Assembly: GCA_947626095.1 (NCBI GenBank)
Contig: CANQQV010000008.1
Span: 1 to 64,000 of the forward strand
Length of the DNA: 64,000 nt
DNA from: an uncultured Bacilli bacterium
Lineage (GTDB): Bacteria; Bacillota_I; Bacilli_A; RF39; UBA660
Direction: 5' to 3'
Position 1 is the first letter of the stretch, and each line of letters begins with the position of its first letter. This document shows positions 9,225-18,947 of this stretch, piece after piece. Under the pieces are notes generated by a model. The model saw nothing but the letters and a program-made list of their open reading frames with translations, had not been told where the DNA came from and did not search any database. Position numbers and translations under genes: made by a program.

Positions 9225-10196
9225 TCACTCCTGTTCATCAATGAATTTCAAGGATTTGGCAAAGTTATCTAGTGAAGCATTACAAACAGAATCATTACTA
9301 TTATTAACTAGTTCTATGTCATAATAGTAACCTTTATGAGTAGATGTTAAGTATTTATATTTTAGTATAGTAGGATCTTGTTCAACACTTGGCTTATAGA
9401 AGATATTTAAATAATACCATGGAGTATCGTTGATTGTCATACTACTATCTGAAGCAGTAAATATTTTTAGTTCATCAACAACATTAGTATTTGAATCACG
9501 TTCAGGATCTAGAGAAGTTTTTTTAGTTTGAAAAAACTCTTTAACATGATCTCCTTCAGTACTTGAGCCATAAGTTATAGAAATAGAACAAGCACTTCCC
9601 TTTTCACCACTTTTATTATAAATAAGAGTGCTGTTGGAGTTACCAGCTACTTGTTGTAAACTTGAATCTACTTCAAAATATAAGTTAAGTAAAATAGGTT
9701 TTTCTTCAACTGGTTTTAATTTATGTTGATAGTATTTATAACCAATAAAGCCTAAAAGAGCAAATAAAGCTAAAACTGAGACTATTTTAATAATAGTTTT
9801 GTTTTCAGAAAAGAAGTCAAAAATATCTTTATCTTCTTTCTTAATATTGGTTTTATAATCCATATCTTTGTAACTATTGAATTTATTTTCATAATCTGCT
9901 TGGCGTTGAGACATGCTTTGGTTAGCGTTACCACTACTAAAGACACTACCAGTACTAAAACTAGGATTAGCATTAGGGTTGCCACTAAATGTGTCATTAG
10001 AACTGAATGAGTTCATATTATTAAATGAATTATTAGAGCCAAAGCCACCAGTTTGATTAAATGTGTTGTTATTAAAATTGTTAAATCCTAAATTTTGGTT
10101 ATTATTATTATTATTATTATTATTTATAGCTGCACCACACATTGTACAAACTGTTTTATTATCGTCAAGAAAGGCACCACAATTTGGACATCTCAT
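9225..10196 (-). CDS. Zinc-ribbon, single-TM membrane protein (paralog of 8111-9220)
   Basis: MRCPNCG...CTMCG; poly-Asn and N/F/S-rich linker; TM; CSISITYG...KGYYYDI...CNASLDNF. Confidence 0.7.
   Translation of the reverse strand: MRCPNCGAFLDDNKTVCTMCGAAINNNNNNNNNQNLGFNNFNNNTFNQTGGFGSNNSFNNMNSFSSNDTFSGNPNANPSFSTGSVFSSGNANQSMSQRQADYENKFNSYKDMDYKTNIKKEDKDIFDFFSENKTIIKIVSVLALFALLGFIGYKYYQHKLKPVEEKPILLNLYFEVDSSLQQVAGNSNSTLIYNKSGEKGSACSISITYGSSTEGDHVKEFFQTKKTSLDPERDSNTNVVDELKIFTASDSSMTINDTPWYYLNIFYKPSVEQDPTILKYKYLTSTHKGYYYDIELVNNSNDSVCNASLDNFAKSLKFIDEQE
10099..10124. repeat. (ATT)n microsatellite encoding poly-Asn
   Basis: ttattattattattattattattatt inside ORF 9225-10196. Confidence 0.85.
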
Positions 10197-10208
10197 TTAT
10201 ATCACCTT

Positions 10209-10430
10209 CTATATTGTTATTTCTTTCTTTTGTTCTTTATATGCAATTATTCTTCTAACTTGTTCAAGCAAATGACGATTGGTTGTAGTAGCAACAATTT
10301 CTTTTAGATAGTCCTCAGCTTGCGCAAACAATCTATTAAATTCTTCGCTATAATCAAATGAAGTTAAAGTATCTAAATAACCGATCATTAATTCTTTTCG
10401 AAAATTAACATTATTTTGCAATTTTACCAA
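10209..10430 (-). CDS. Small hypothetical protein
   Basis: 73-aa ORF overlapping its upstream neighbour, in operon position. Confidence 0.45.
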   Translation of the reverse strand: MVKLQNNVNFRKELMIGYLDTLTSFDYSEEFNRLFAQAEDYLKEIVATTTNRHLLEQVRRIIAYKEQKKEITI

Positions 10431-10731
10431 TCCTTTCTAGATTAAATTCACCTAAAACTAAGTTTACTAATTCTAACAATAATTCACAGGCAATGTTAGT
10501 TTTACTAACTTTAATTTCCTGTTTATTTATAATGGCATATATAAGTTTATTTAAAAATATATAAGGATCATTTTCAAGGAGGATGGATATACGATATTCA
10601 ATTGGTTCGATAGTAATAAGTTTACTTTTATTAAGCTCGATATTAGCTAAATTAAAACTTGATTCAATAATATCCATATTTTCTTTAATTCTTTTTATAA
10701 TCTCTTTGATAAACTCTTCTTTAAACTTCAC
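10411..10731 (-). CDS. Small hypothetical protein, weakly like an aldehyde-dehydrogenase/ProA N-terminal fragment
   Basis: GTG start with ggggtgg RBS; EPIEYRISILLENDPY...AIINKQEIKVS faintly echoes the ALDH P-x-G-V-V-x-x-I...GN-x-V-I-L segment. Confidence 0.4.
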   Translation of the reverse strand: MKFKEEFIKEIIKRIKENMDIIESSFNLANIELNKSKLITIEPIEYRISILLENDPYIFLNKLIYAIINKQEIKVSKTNIACELLLELVNLVLGEFNLERIGKIAK

Positions 10732-10808
10732 GAACTACCACCCCATAGTATTGAATCCCTACTATATAAAATTATAGCACATAAAAAAGAAGATATCATC
10801 TTCTTTTT

Positions 10809-11120
10809 TTATTTTTCATTTATTTCATCAAAATATTTGACTATAACATAAATAACTAATAAAACAATACAAGCAATAAATAGGCTTTCGTGTTGGAAAA
10901 AATCACTCATTGCTATACCTAAGCAACAGATAAGTGAACCTAGGATAATACGTTCAGCATAAGCAATTATAACGCCAAATAGACCTTTTTTATCTTTGAC
11001 AAGTTCTAAGTGATAGTCAAAATGAGTTTTTTTACTAACATGGGATAGTAAATAATTAAAATATACTAAAACTGGTAAAAAAGTTATACATAATCCTAAA
11101 ATTGTAATAATAGCTTCCAT
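10809..11120 (-). CDS. Small membrane protein
   Basis: Three hydrophobic segments; starts immediately after the stop of the upstream gene, ggagg RBS. Confidence 0.6.
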   Translation of the reverse strand: MEAIITILGLCITFLPVLVYFNYLLSHVSKKTHFDYHLELVKDKKGLFGVIIAYAERIILGSLICCLGIAMSDFFQHESLFIACIVLLVIYVIVKYFDEINEK

Positions 11121-12176
11121 TTAATTACCTCCTATTAGACGATTGACATAATTACATCCTTCATTTTCATAACCTATTTTGGTGAATTCAGGGGTTTTAA
11201 AACCACCAGTATTAAAGTCATACTTTATTTGGAATTCATAGTATGTAACATTAGTTCCTTTACTATCTTTATTACACATTTTATCGTCATAACCAACTAA
11301 TAAAGTAAAATCACGTGATGCTCGATTATAAGTAACATAGATACTATTACTAGTTGATAAAGTTACACCATTAACAACAATGGGAAACATTTTATCTAAA
11401 TCATAGATAATACCATTACTACTTATTGCTTTAAATTTATAAGCAAATAAATTATTATCATCTGTTTTACCAGGTTCTATTACAGCTAAAGTTTTACCGA
11501 AAGGATAAAACGTAGGCAGATTATCATAATTTTTAATATTTTTTTTGTATAGAGCTGTATCAGCTGAGCCATTTATCGTAATATCGAAAGTATTATCATC
11601 TAGTTTTTCAAAGCCAAAGAATAAATCGGAAGATAGGTTCTTTATTTTAGCTGATATTTTATAATAATTGCCTTCAAATTCGGTTTCATTTAAAATAAGA
11701 CTATAATTATCTAAGTCAATATCTCTAATTGATTTAGATATATTATTATTAGTACTTATAGTATTAAGAGCAGGATTTCTAGAATACTCATGATCTTTAT
11801 AAGTTAATTTATAGTTGGTTTTAGTTTCATTTTCATAAAAAGATAAATTTTCAGTTTTACCCTCATCTAAAGGATAAGTTCCCATACAAGAGCTTTTAAA
11901 GCTATAAAAGTCATCATTAATAACTAAGATATAATAGTTGATAGAGCTAACGTTACAGCCGTTAAAGATAAATTTAGAACCATTAAGTTCTTCTTTATAT
12001 TCGTAAATACCATTATAATTATCATTGATAGCATTGTCATTCTTAAAGCCATCAATTATATTCTGAATAGGATTTTTACCACCTTTAACGAAGTAAAAAG
12101 CTAATACTGACAAGCCAATAAGTAATACAATAATAATGATACCCATAACTATTTTTAAGGTTTTATGTTTGTTCAT
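11121..12176 (-). CDS. Membrane-anchored extracellular hypothetical protein
   Basis: N-terminal basic plus hydrophobic anchor; beta-rich N/Y/K domain with four Cys. Confidence 0.65.
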   Translation of the reverse strand: MNKHKTLKIVMGIIIIVLLIGLSVLAFYFVKGGKNPIQNIIDGFKNDNAINDNYNGIYEYKEELNGSKFIFNGCNVSSINYYILVINDDFYSFKSSCMGTYPLDEGKTENLSFYENETKTNYKLTYKDHEYSRNPALNTISTNNNISKSIRDIDLDNYSLILNETEFEGNYYKISAKIKNLSSDLFFGFEKLDDNTFDITINGSADTALYKKNIKNYDNLPTFYPFGKTLAVIEPGKTDDNNLFAYKFKAISSNGIIYDLDKMFPIVVNGVTLSTSNSIYVTYNRASRDFTLLVGYDDKMCNKDSKGTNVTYYEFQIKYDFNTGGFKTPEFTKIGYENEGCNYVNRLIGGN

Positions 12177-12253
12177 AGTATACGCTCCCTATTCTTTAGA
12201 TAATTATAACACATAAATAAAGTTTATTTTAAAAAAAAAGAATGCTAAGCATT

Positions 12254-13360
12254 CTATTTTTTATAATTATTATCTAAACCTGTATATACAAGTGAAAAAG
12301 TATCTTCTTCATCTTCATTAAAGCTTGTACTACCAATATAATTATCTCTGCTAGTTATTAATTCACTTACTATGCTCTTTTGTTTATTAAATAATTGAGC
12401 GACAGTATTATTGGCATTACTTATTTTATAGTTAGCTCTATTTACAATAGTTTGATCATAATAAATAATAAACTCGATTAACTTTTCTTTAAATAATTCA
12501 CTAGGTAATATTTCTAGAGATGGTAATTTAGCAAAGTCAATAAATGATTTATATAATTCTTCTTTATCAATATTAGCTAGTTCTTCAGGACTTGGTTCTT
12601 TTAAGCCTAAATCTTCTTCATCTAAGTTAACACCTATTTTAGCATATAGACGATGAGACATATAAGCTCCACGACGAATAGTCATATTATCTAAAAATTC
12701 ATAAAATAATTGTCTTAAAACTTCACAATATTTTTTTACTTCATCAGTATAGTCTTGATATGCTTTGTCAAGATTAGGAAGACTTGTCTGATTATGTTCA
12801 GCTAGACCAGCTTTTAACTTTTTCATTTTAGAGGCTTTTAATGCTCGTACAATAAAGCCACTTCTTTGAATGTCGCTGATGGCATCGGTGTATTTAGCAC
12901 GGCCCATGCCATCAATTGTTCTTGTGTGAATAAAATTATCTTTACGATTTTCAACATGAGAAAAGGCAATACTAGCTCTAATATAAGGAGCATTAATTAA
13001 TACTCTATTTAACGTTTCAATTCTTTTTTGAGCAGAATTCTTAAGGTCAATAGAAATTTTTCGGGCTTGGTAAATACCATTAATTTCACCAGTTAAATCA
13101 TTTAAACTATCTAGTGTAACACCTATTTTTTCAGCATTACGAGCTTTAGCATAATCAAGATATCTTTGATAATACTTTAAATCTTCACCTGTTATAAAAT
13201 GTTTAAAAATAAGTTCAAGCATTTCTTGACGTTCAAAATGAGTACCGCTTAAATTATTCTGTTTGATTATTTCTTTTAATTCACTATCATTTTTTTGATT
13301 TAGTTCTTCTAAAAATGATAAGGTCTTTTTTACACTATTTATCATTTTTTCATCTATCAT
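12254..13360 (-). CDS. Hypothetical alpha-helical protein
   Basis: 368-aa ORF coupled to the upstream gene (1-nt gap); no family recognised. Confidence 0.6.
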   Translation of the reverse strand: MIDEKMINSVKKTLSFLEELNQKNDSELKEIIKQNNLSGTHFERQEMLELIFKHFITGEDLKYYQRYLDYAKARNAEKIGVTLDSLNDLTGEINGIYQARKISIDLKNSAQKRIETLNRVLINAPYIRASIAFSHVENRKDNFIHTRTIDGMGRAKYTDAISDIQRSGFIVRALKASKMKKLKAGLAEHNQTSLPNLDKAYQDYTDEVKKYCEVLRQLFYEFLDNMTIRRGAYMSHRLYAKIGVNLDEEDLGLKEPSPEELANIDKEELYKSFIDFAKLPSLEILPSELFKEKLIEFIIYYDQTIVNRANYKISNANNTVAQLFNKQKSIVSELITSRDNYIGSTSFNEDEEDTFSLVYTGLDNNYKK

Positions 13361-13361
13361 A

Positions 13362-14747
13362 TTAATTACCTGCTTTCATATTTAATTTTGGTCCATCTAA
13401 TAATTCTCTAGTTATGTTACTTGTAATATAAATTTTTATATCTTCATATATTCTATTTATTTCTACTTCAGTAAAACCTAAGTCTAACAATGGTTTATCT
13501 ATGGTATTAAGGCTATTATCGTTTTCATCATAATATTTTCTAATTGAAGTATATCTTTTGACATTACTAACCTGTTCTTTTAAATTATCGGTTGTATTAT
13601 TTAAAGAATCTTTAGCTTGTTGCATTTGTTTAGTTAATTCTTCAATTTCTTGTTTTAAATAGTTTATAGCATCTAATATTAATTTCTGTTTAAATTCATG
13701 AGGATTAACGTAAGGACGATTGTTATAGTAATGAGCAAAATAAAGATTAAATGTATTAGTTAGATTAAATTCTTCATTTTGATTAAATTGTTCTAAGAAT
13801 TTTTTAAAGATAGGATAATTCATATAATATGTAAATATTGTTAGTAATTCTTCTTTATTGCTTTTGCTTTTACGTTTAAATAAAGGTTTGTTTTGACGTT
13901 CTTGTTCAAGACTATCACCTATTATCTCGCCAATTAAAGAAGTAAGTAATAAAGATATCTCGACTACTTCTTGATGAATATCAGAAATTCTTGTATTTTT
14001 ATCGGCCATATCACCAATGATAGTTTGAACTTTATCGACTTCACTTTCAGGATCAGTAGTTGTAAATTCTTTTTCACATTCTTCTTTAATGAATCTTTGT
14101 TTATACCATTTATATATGTTTAAATCAATATCATAGAATTTACTTACTAAAGTCATGAATTCTTGGTATGAACAGTTTTCTAAAGTTTTAAAGTAACTAT
14201 CTCTTTCTTTTATATTAGCTTGTAATCTATCGTTTATTTGATGATATTTTAAGCTAGCATAATAATTAGGACCTAAAGCTGTTTTTAAACGATTAATTTC
14301 AGTTTCATCTTCTTTAATTAATGGATTGTAATAGTTTTCTACAATTACACGAAACATATCTTTACGTCTTTTTTCATCAATATTGTCTAAGATATAGAAT
14401 CTTCTTATGGTATCCCCTATTTGATTTAAAATATCTAGTTTCTTTTCAAATTGGTCTTTAATTACATAATTACTTAATTCATTGGTATTAGTTAAGTCAG
14501 CGTAGAATTTAATATAAGCTATTTCATCTTCAGTTAACATATATTTTGGATTAATCGATTTATCGTAAGTAATAAATGATAAACGTCTAGCACGACGATA
14601 TTCTTGTTCACTTACTAAGCCATTAGCATAATCATAGTTTAATAGTGATTGACAATTATGATATTTTTCATATAAATGAAATAAATTGTTTTTTACTTCG
14701 TTAATAGTATCCTGATATTCTTTAAAGATTCCCATTTCTATTGCCAT
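13362..14747 (-). CDS. Hypothetical coiled-coil protein
   Basis: 461-aa helical ORF with gaggggg RBS; no family recognised. Confidence 0.6.
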   Translation of the reverse strand: MAIEMGIFKEYQDTINEVKNNLFHLYEKYHNCQSLLNYDYANGLVSEQEYRRARRLSFITYDKSINPKYMLTEDEIAYIKFYADLTNTNELSNYVIKDQFEKKLDILNQIGDTIRRFYILDNIDEKRRKDMFRVIVENYYNPLIKEDETEINRLKTALGPNYYASLKYHQINDRLQANIKERDSYFKTLENCSYQEFMTLVSKFYDIDLNIYKWYKQRFIKEECEKEFTTTDPESEVDKVQTIIGDMADKNTRISDIHQEVVEISLLLTSLIGEIIGDSLEQERQNKPLFKRKSKSNKEELLTIFTYYMNYPIFKKFLEQFNQNEEFNLTNTFNLYFAHYYNNRPYVNPHEFKQKLILDAINYLKQEIEELTKQMQQAKDSLNNTTDNLKEQVSNVKRYTSIRKYYDENDNSLNTIDKPLLDLGFTEVEINRIYEDIKIYITSNITRELLDGPKLNMKAGN

Positions 14748-14823
14748 ACAAAAGCCCCCTCTTTAATGGCGTTTATTCTATCACAACTTTAAAATAATAG
14801 CAAATAAAAAGACCATTTTGGTC

Positions 14824-16281
14824 TTAACTACTTGAATGATATATATTATCGTTTAAAATATCATAAAATTCAAGGTCTTCGATATAGTATTCTTTTTCAT
14901 CAATTAATACTTTAACATATTCATCATTAGTACCAACAATGGTTATTTCATCATCAATATTTAGCATTTTATACTCATTTTCCCATAAGAAGTCATATGG
15001 TTTATAAAGTACTTGAACTGGTTTAGTAACTTTAACGGTTAAATTAACCTCAGTAAATGGGACTTCAGCTAGTTGCATAGCAAAACAATTTGGATCGTTT
15101 ATATAATAAGTATTATTTTCATATAATATTTTAACCCACTCTTTACCAAGACCAATTACTTTTATTTTAGTATCTTTGTTTAAAGTACCAGCTTTATTAG
15201 GAATGGTTGTATAGGGGCTAATTCTTAGATAAGAATCTTTAGTTAGAATAGTATCCATATCGATTGCTTTAAATTCGATTTCTTCAAGATCACCTGGTTT
15301 ATAAACGCCATTAACAATACTTCTTTTAGTAGCATCATTAGTGACACTAAAATATGAAACGTTCATATCAACTCGACCTTTTATACCTGGTACACTACCA
15401 CTACTGGTATATTGCCACATATAATAACGGCCTTTATAAGTAGCTTCATCGTTGTATTGAGCAAGCCAGATACGATAATTATTAAATTTAGCAGTGTCAA
15501 AGTATTGATTAAATGCACGAGCATAGGAATAAATCATAGGTGTATAACCTTTACTTTTAACATAATCACTAAAAGCAATGGCATTATTAGTTAATGTGCT
15601 ATAACTAACACCTTTTAAGCGATATTTATCAAAAATTTCAGTATCAATAGCTACAGGGTATGAAATATCATAATCTTTAATCAAATTAATTACCCATTTG
15701 GCTTCTTCAATAGCTTCAGTTTTATTTTTAGCCATAGAAAAGAAGTAAACACCAACATTTATATTATTAGCAATAGCACCTTTAATATTATTTAAAAAGT
15801 ATGAATCCAAAGTTATTTTACCAGAATCCATTCCTCTAAAGCCACATCTAATCATAGCAAAGTTAATACCTGAGGCTTTTACTTTTTTCCAATCGATTGT
15901 ACCTTGCCAAGTTGAAACATCAATACCTAAACTAGTTTCATTGGTTTCATATTTAGCAACGGCTTTTTTGGCAGTTGTCTTTTTAGCTGTTCCTTTTACT
16001 TGATTATTCTTTTTTATTTCTAAAGAAGGATCTTCTTTCATAACTTCTGGTTCAGTTAAAATGATATTTTTGGCTTCTGATGATAAATCGACATAAAAAG
16101 ATGGTCCAGGAGCAGAAGACAAAAAGTCACTTATTTTTCGATCAACTGTATTATTGAATTTTTTATTTTCTTCTGAATCTTTTAGAGCATAGCTACGATT
16201 ATTTATTGAAGCAAAAGAAAGTATTAACATTATTAATACTAAACAGATAATAATTGATTTTAAAACATTCTTTTGTTTCAT
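14824..16281 (-). CDS. GH25 lysozyme/muramidase with C-terminal SH3-like repeats
   Basis: Signal peptide; GIDVSTWQGTIDW, GVYFFS, AIDTE (DxE), WLAQY, WQYTSSG.VPGI.G.VDMN. Confidence 0.9.
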   Translation of the reverse strand: MKQKNVLKSIIICLVLIMLILSFASINNRSYALKDSEENKKFNNTVDRKISDFLSSAPGPSFYVDLSSEAKNIILTEPEVMKEDPSLEIKKNNQVKGTAKKTTAKKAVAKYETNETSLGIDVSTWQGTIDWKKVKASGINFAMIRCGFRGMDSGKITLDSYFLNNIKGAIANNINVGVYFFSMAKNKTEAIEEAKWVINLIKDYDISYPVAIDTEIFDKYRLKGVSYSTLTNNAIAFSDYVKSKGYTPMIYSYARAFNQYFDTAKFNNYRIWLAQYNDEATYKGRYYMWQYTSSGSVPGIKGRVDMNVSYFSVTNDATKRSIVNGVYKPGDLEEIEFKAIDMDTILTKDSYLRISPYTTIPNKAGTLNKDTKIKVIGLGKEWVKILYENNTYYINDPNCFAMQLAEVPFTEVNLTVKVTKPVQVLYKPYDFLWENEYKMLNIDDEITIVGTNDEYVKVLIDEKEYYIEDLEFYDILNDNIYHSSS

Positions 16282-16390
16282 ATACTAATACTAACTCCTA
16301 TTTTAAATATAGCAGAGTTAAATATTTACTGCAATGAAACTGGATTAATTAATTTTTACTTAACGTCAAAAAAAAGACTTATAAAAGTCT

Positions 16391-17359
16391 TTATTCGGTA
16401 ATATTGTCCCCTTCTTCTAACATTTTAATAATACTTATACCGTAGCCGTTAGTTACATCATCAACTAGAACTCTAGTAACAGCACCGATTATCATATCAT
16501 TTTGAACAATTGGGGAACCACTCATGCCTTGAACAATACCACCACTCATTTCGAGTAAAGTTTTATCTGTTACTTCAAAATAAATGTTTTTTTCATCATT
16601 ATTGCGATTGATTTCAAGAATTTCAATAGCATATGGTTTTGTCTCGTTATTTTCATTAGTGGTATAGATATACGCTTTTCCTAATGATACTTCATCTAAT
16701 GAAGCTACTTTGAGTTTTTGTTTATTTAAGTCTATCTCATTATATAAGCCAAAAATACCATAGTTACTATTTTTTTCAATTGTACCTAAAATTTGATTTT
16801 TATCAATATTAGCGTTTTTACTACCAGGATTTCCATTGGTACTTCTAGTAAAACTGGTTACTTTGGCAGCGTAAGTATAACCGGTTCTAATATCAATTCT
16901 TTGATTTGTTTCACTTAAGTTTAAACTATGACCTAAAACACCATATACTTTAGTAGCTGGATCAATATATGTTAAAGTACCAATACCAATAACATTGCCT
17001 TTAACATATAGTCCTGTTCGATAGGTGTCGTTAGATAAAACTAATTTTAAATTATCTTGATATGATTTATTGGCTCTTTCGTAGGTTATTAAGACTTTGT
17101 TCTTAACCATATATTTATCAATAAGTTTAACTAAATTTTCCGTTGATGTTACCTCTTCATTATTAACTTTGGTAATCTTATCACCGATTTCTAAAAAGGT
17201 ATTAATATTATGACCTTGTACTTTATAAAAACCGATAACCATAATACCTTTACTATTTACTTCGATACCTAAGGTTTCACCACCAGGGATTATATAGTCA
17301 CTATAGGCATAGACGATTAAAGGAAAAATTAAGATTATTAACCATAAGATTTTTTTCAT
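16391..17359 (-). CDS. spoIVB: SpoIVB peptidase (S55, PDZ domain)
   Basis: IPGGETLGI, PDZ GDKITKVN, GIGTLTYIDP, LGH, GGIVQGMSGSPIVQN..IIGAVT. Confidence 0.92.
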   Translation of the reverse strand: MKKILWLIILIFPLIVYAYSDYIIPGGETLGIEVNSKGIMVIGFYKVQGHNINTFLEIGDKITKVNNEEVTSTENLVKLIDKYMVKNKVLITYERANKSYQDNLKLVLSNDTYRTGLYVKGNVIGIGTLTYIDPATKVYGVLGHSLNLSETNQRIDIRTGYTYAAKVTSFTRSTNGNPGSKNANIDKNQILGTIEKNSNYGIFGLYNEIDLNKQKLKVASLDEVSLGKAYIYTTNENNETKPYAIEILEINRNNDEKNIYFEVTDKTLLEMSGGIVQGMSGSPIVQNDMIIGAVTRVLVDDVTNGYGISIIKMLEEGDNITE

Positions 17360-17436
17360 TGGAATCACCTAATATTATTATTGGTAAGAATATAAAGAAT
17401 ATAAAACCAATTAATACCAAGAAAAAAAAGAAAAAT

Positions 17437-18891
17437 TTATTTTTCCTTTTTAACTATTTCATAGATACCTTTATCAACAACGGCAAAGTTGCCTTTAACA
17501 GTAATACTTTGACCAGTAATACTATCTAGTAAATTTTCATTATTGTCAAAAATATTTAAAGATTTAATACCATCACTTTCTTTGATATAAGCAACATATT
17601 CTTCATTTCTTAAAACTAGTTTGCCTTGATCAAAATTTACTTCTTCTCCGGTTTGATTATAATACTTATTAATTTCTTGTTCATCGTTTGAAGTGTAATT
17701 TATTTGGATAGTATTATTAGATACTAAGTTTATATTGTTGATTTTTTCTACGTCATTTAATTGAACGGAAAATAATAAATTAAAATCAGTATCATATATT
17801 TTTAAATTGTAAGCTTTATCGTATAGGTAAATAATATTGTTAACGTCAAAACCTAGTTGAGTTATGGTTTCGTTTATTTTACCATTGCTAATAATATACA
17901 GATTATGATTTTCATATTCCGTTTTATTGGCATCTTCCATATAGTTATTAACAATAAATAAACGACCACCGGCTTTGTATAAATGTAAGCTATTCATACT
18001 ACTTCTTAAATCATAATCTAGTAAACTATCATATTTCATTTTAAAGCCAACTATTTCGTTATAGTCTTTACTATAAATGGCTAGTTTATTGTTTTTATTA
18101 ACTAGTAAATAATAATTTTCGTATAAATCTATTACTTTATAATTAGGTTTAATTATGACCTCATTTTTATTAGATATAATGCCATATTGCTGTTTTTGAT
18201 TTTCTATAATAAAAGAATCATTATAAGTATTAATTATATTAGCATATTGATAAGGAATAACAACATAGCCATTGTAATCGACAGCTCCCATTAAGTTATC
18301 ATTATTTTTCATTATTAAGTATTTATTACTATGAACATAGTATTTATCTTCATCAACGCTATCGCCGACTAATAAAGCATTTTTAATAATTACAATATGT
18401 CCATCATTAATATTATAAAGATAAGTATCATTATCATTAATACCTACAAAACCAACGATATATTCTTGATAAGAATTTTTATAAATAAGAGGTTTAAGGT
18501 TTTTAACATCATTTAATTGATATAATTCTTTTATATTTTCTCCATCGAAAATATAGACATTAAGGTTATTATTATCTTGATAATAGATTAAATAGTTATC
18601 ATCTTTTAACCTATAAATATGGTTATATGAAATATCTTCAATACTTTTGTATACTTCTTCGCCTTGTTTGTTTATAATGACACTAATTTTATCGTTATTA
18701 TAAGAACCGATGAAGTAATCACCCATTGGTTTTAAATTATAATCTGAAAGATATATTTGATTTATTTTTACTTTTATACTATCAGTTTGACTAGCATTAA
18801 TAATAAATAGTATTGTTAGAGCAATAACGACTAATAAAAGTAGGACAACTATTGTTATAATGGTATATTGTGTTTTTTTTGTATTATCCAT
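17437..18891 (-). CDS. Membrane-anchored WG-repeat-like surface protein
   Basis: N-terminal TM; repeats MGAVDYNGYVVIPYQY, YGIISNKNEVIIKPNY, LAIYSKDYNEIVGFKM. Confidence 0.65.
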   Translation of the reverse strand: MDNTKKTQYTIITIVVLLLLVVIALTILFIINASQTDSIKVKINQIYLSDYNLKPMGDYFIGSYNNDKISVIINKQGEEVYKSIEDISYNHIYRLKDDNYLIYYQDNNNLNVYIFDGENIKELYQLNDVKNLKPLIYKNSYQEYIVGFVGINDNDTYLYNINDGHIVIIKNALLVGDSVDEDKYYVHSNKYLIMKNNDNLMGAVDYNGYVVIPYQYANIINTYNDSFIIENQKQQYGIISNKNEVIIKPNYKVIDLYENYYLLVNKNNKLAIYSKDYNEIVGFKMKYDSLLDYDLRSSMNSLHLYKAGGRLFIVNNYMEDANKTEYENHNLYIISNGKINETITQLGFDVNNIIYLYDKAYNLKIYDTDFNLLFSVQLNDVEKINNINLVSNNTIQINYTSNDEQEINKYYNQTGEEVNFDQGKLVLRNEEYVAYIKESDGIKSLNIFDNNENLLDSITGQSITVKGNFAVVDKGIYEIVKKEK

Positions 18892-18947
18892 ATATTTAAT
18901 CACTTCAATAAAAATCATATCATAAAACACTAATAAAAAAAAGATGA

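Noticed and set aside
10099-10124. (ATT)n tract as a phase-variation switch
   Set aside because: Triplet unit: slippage changes poly-Asn length only and does not shift the frame
16282-16390. Possible riboswitch upstream of the GH25 gene
   Set aside because: The spacer is short, partly taken by the spoIVB terminator, and shows no recognisable aptamer motifs
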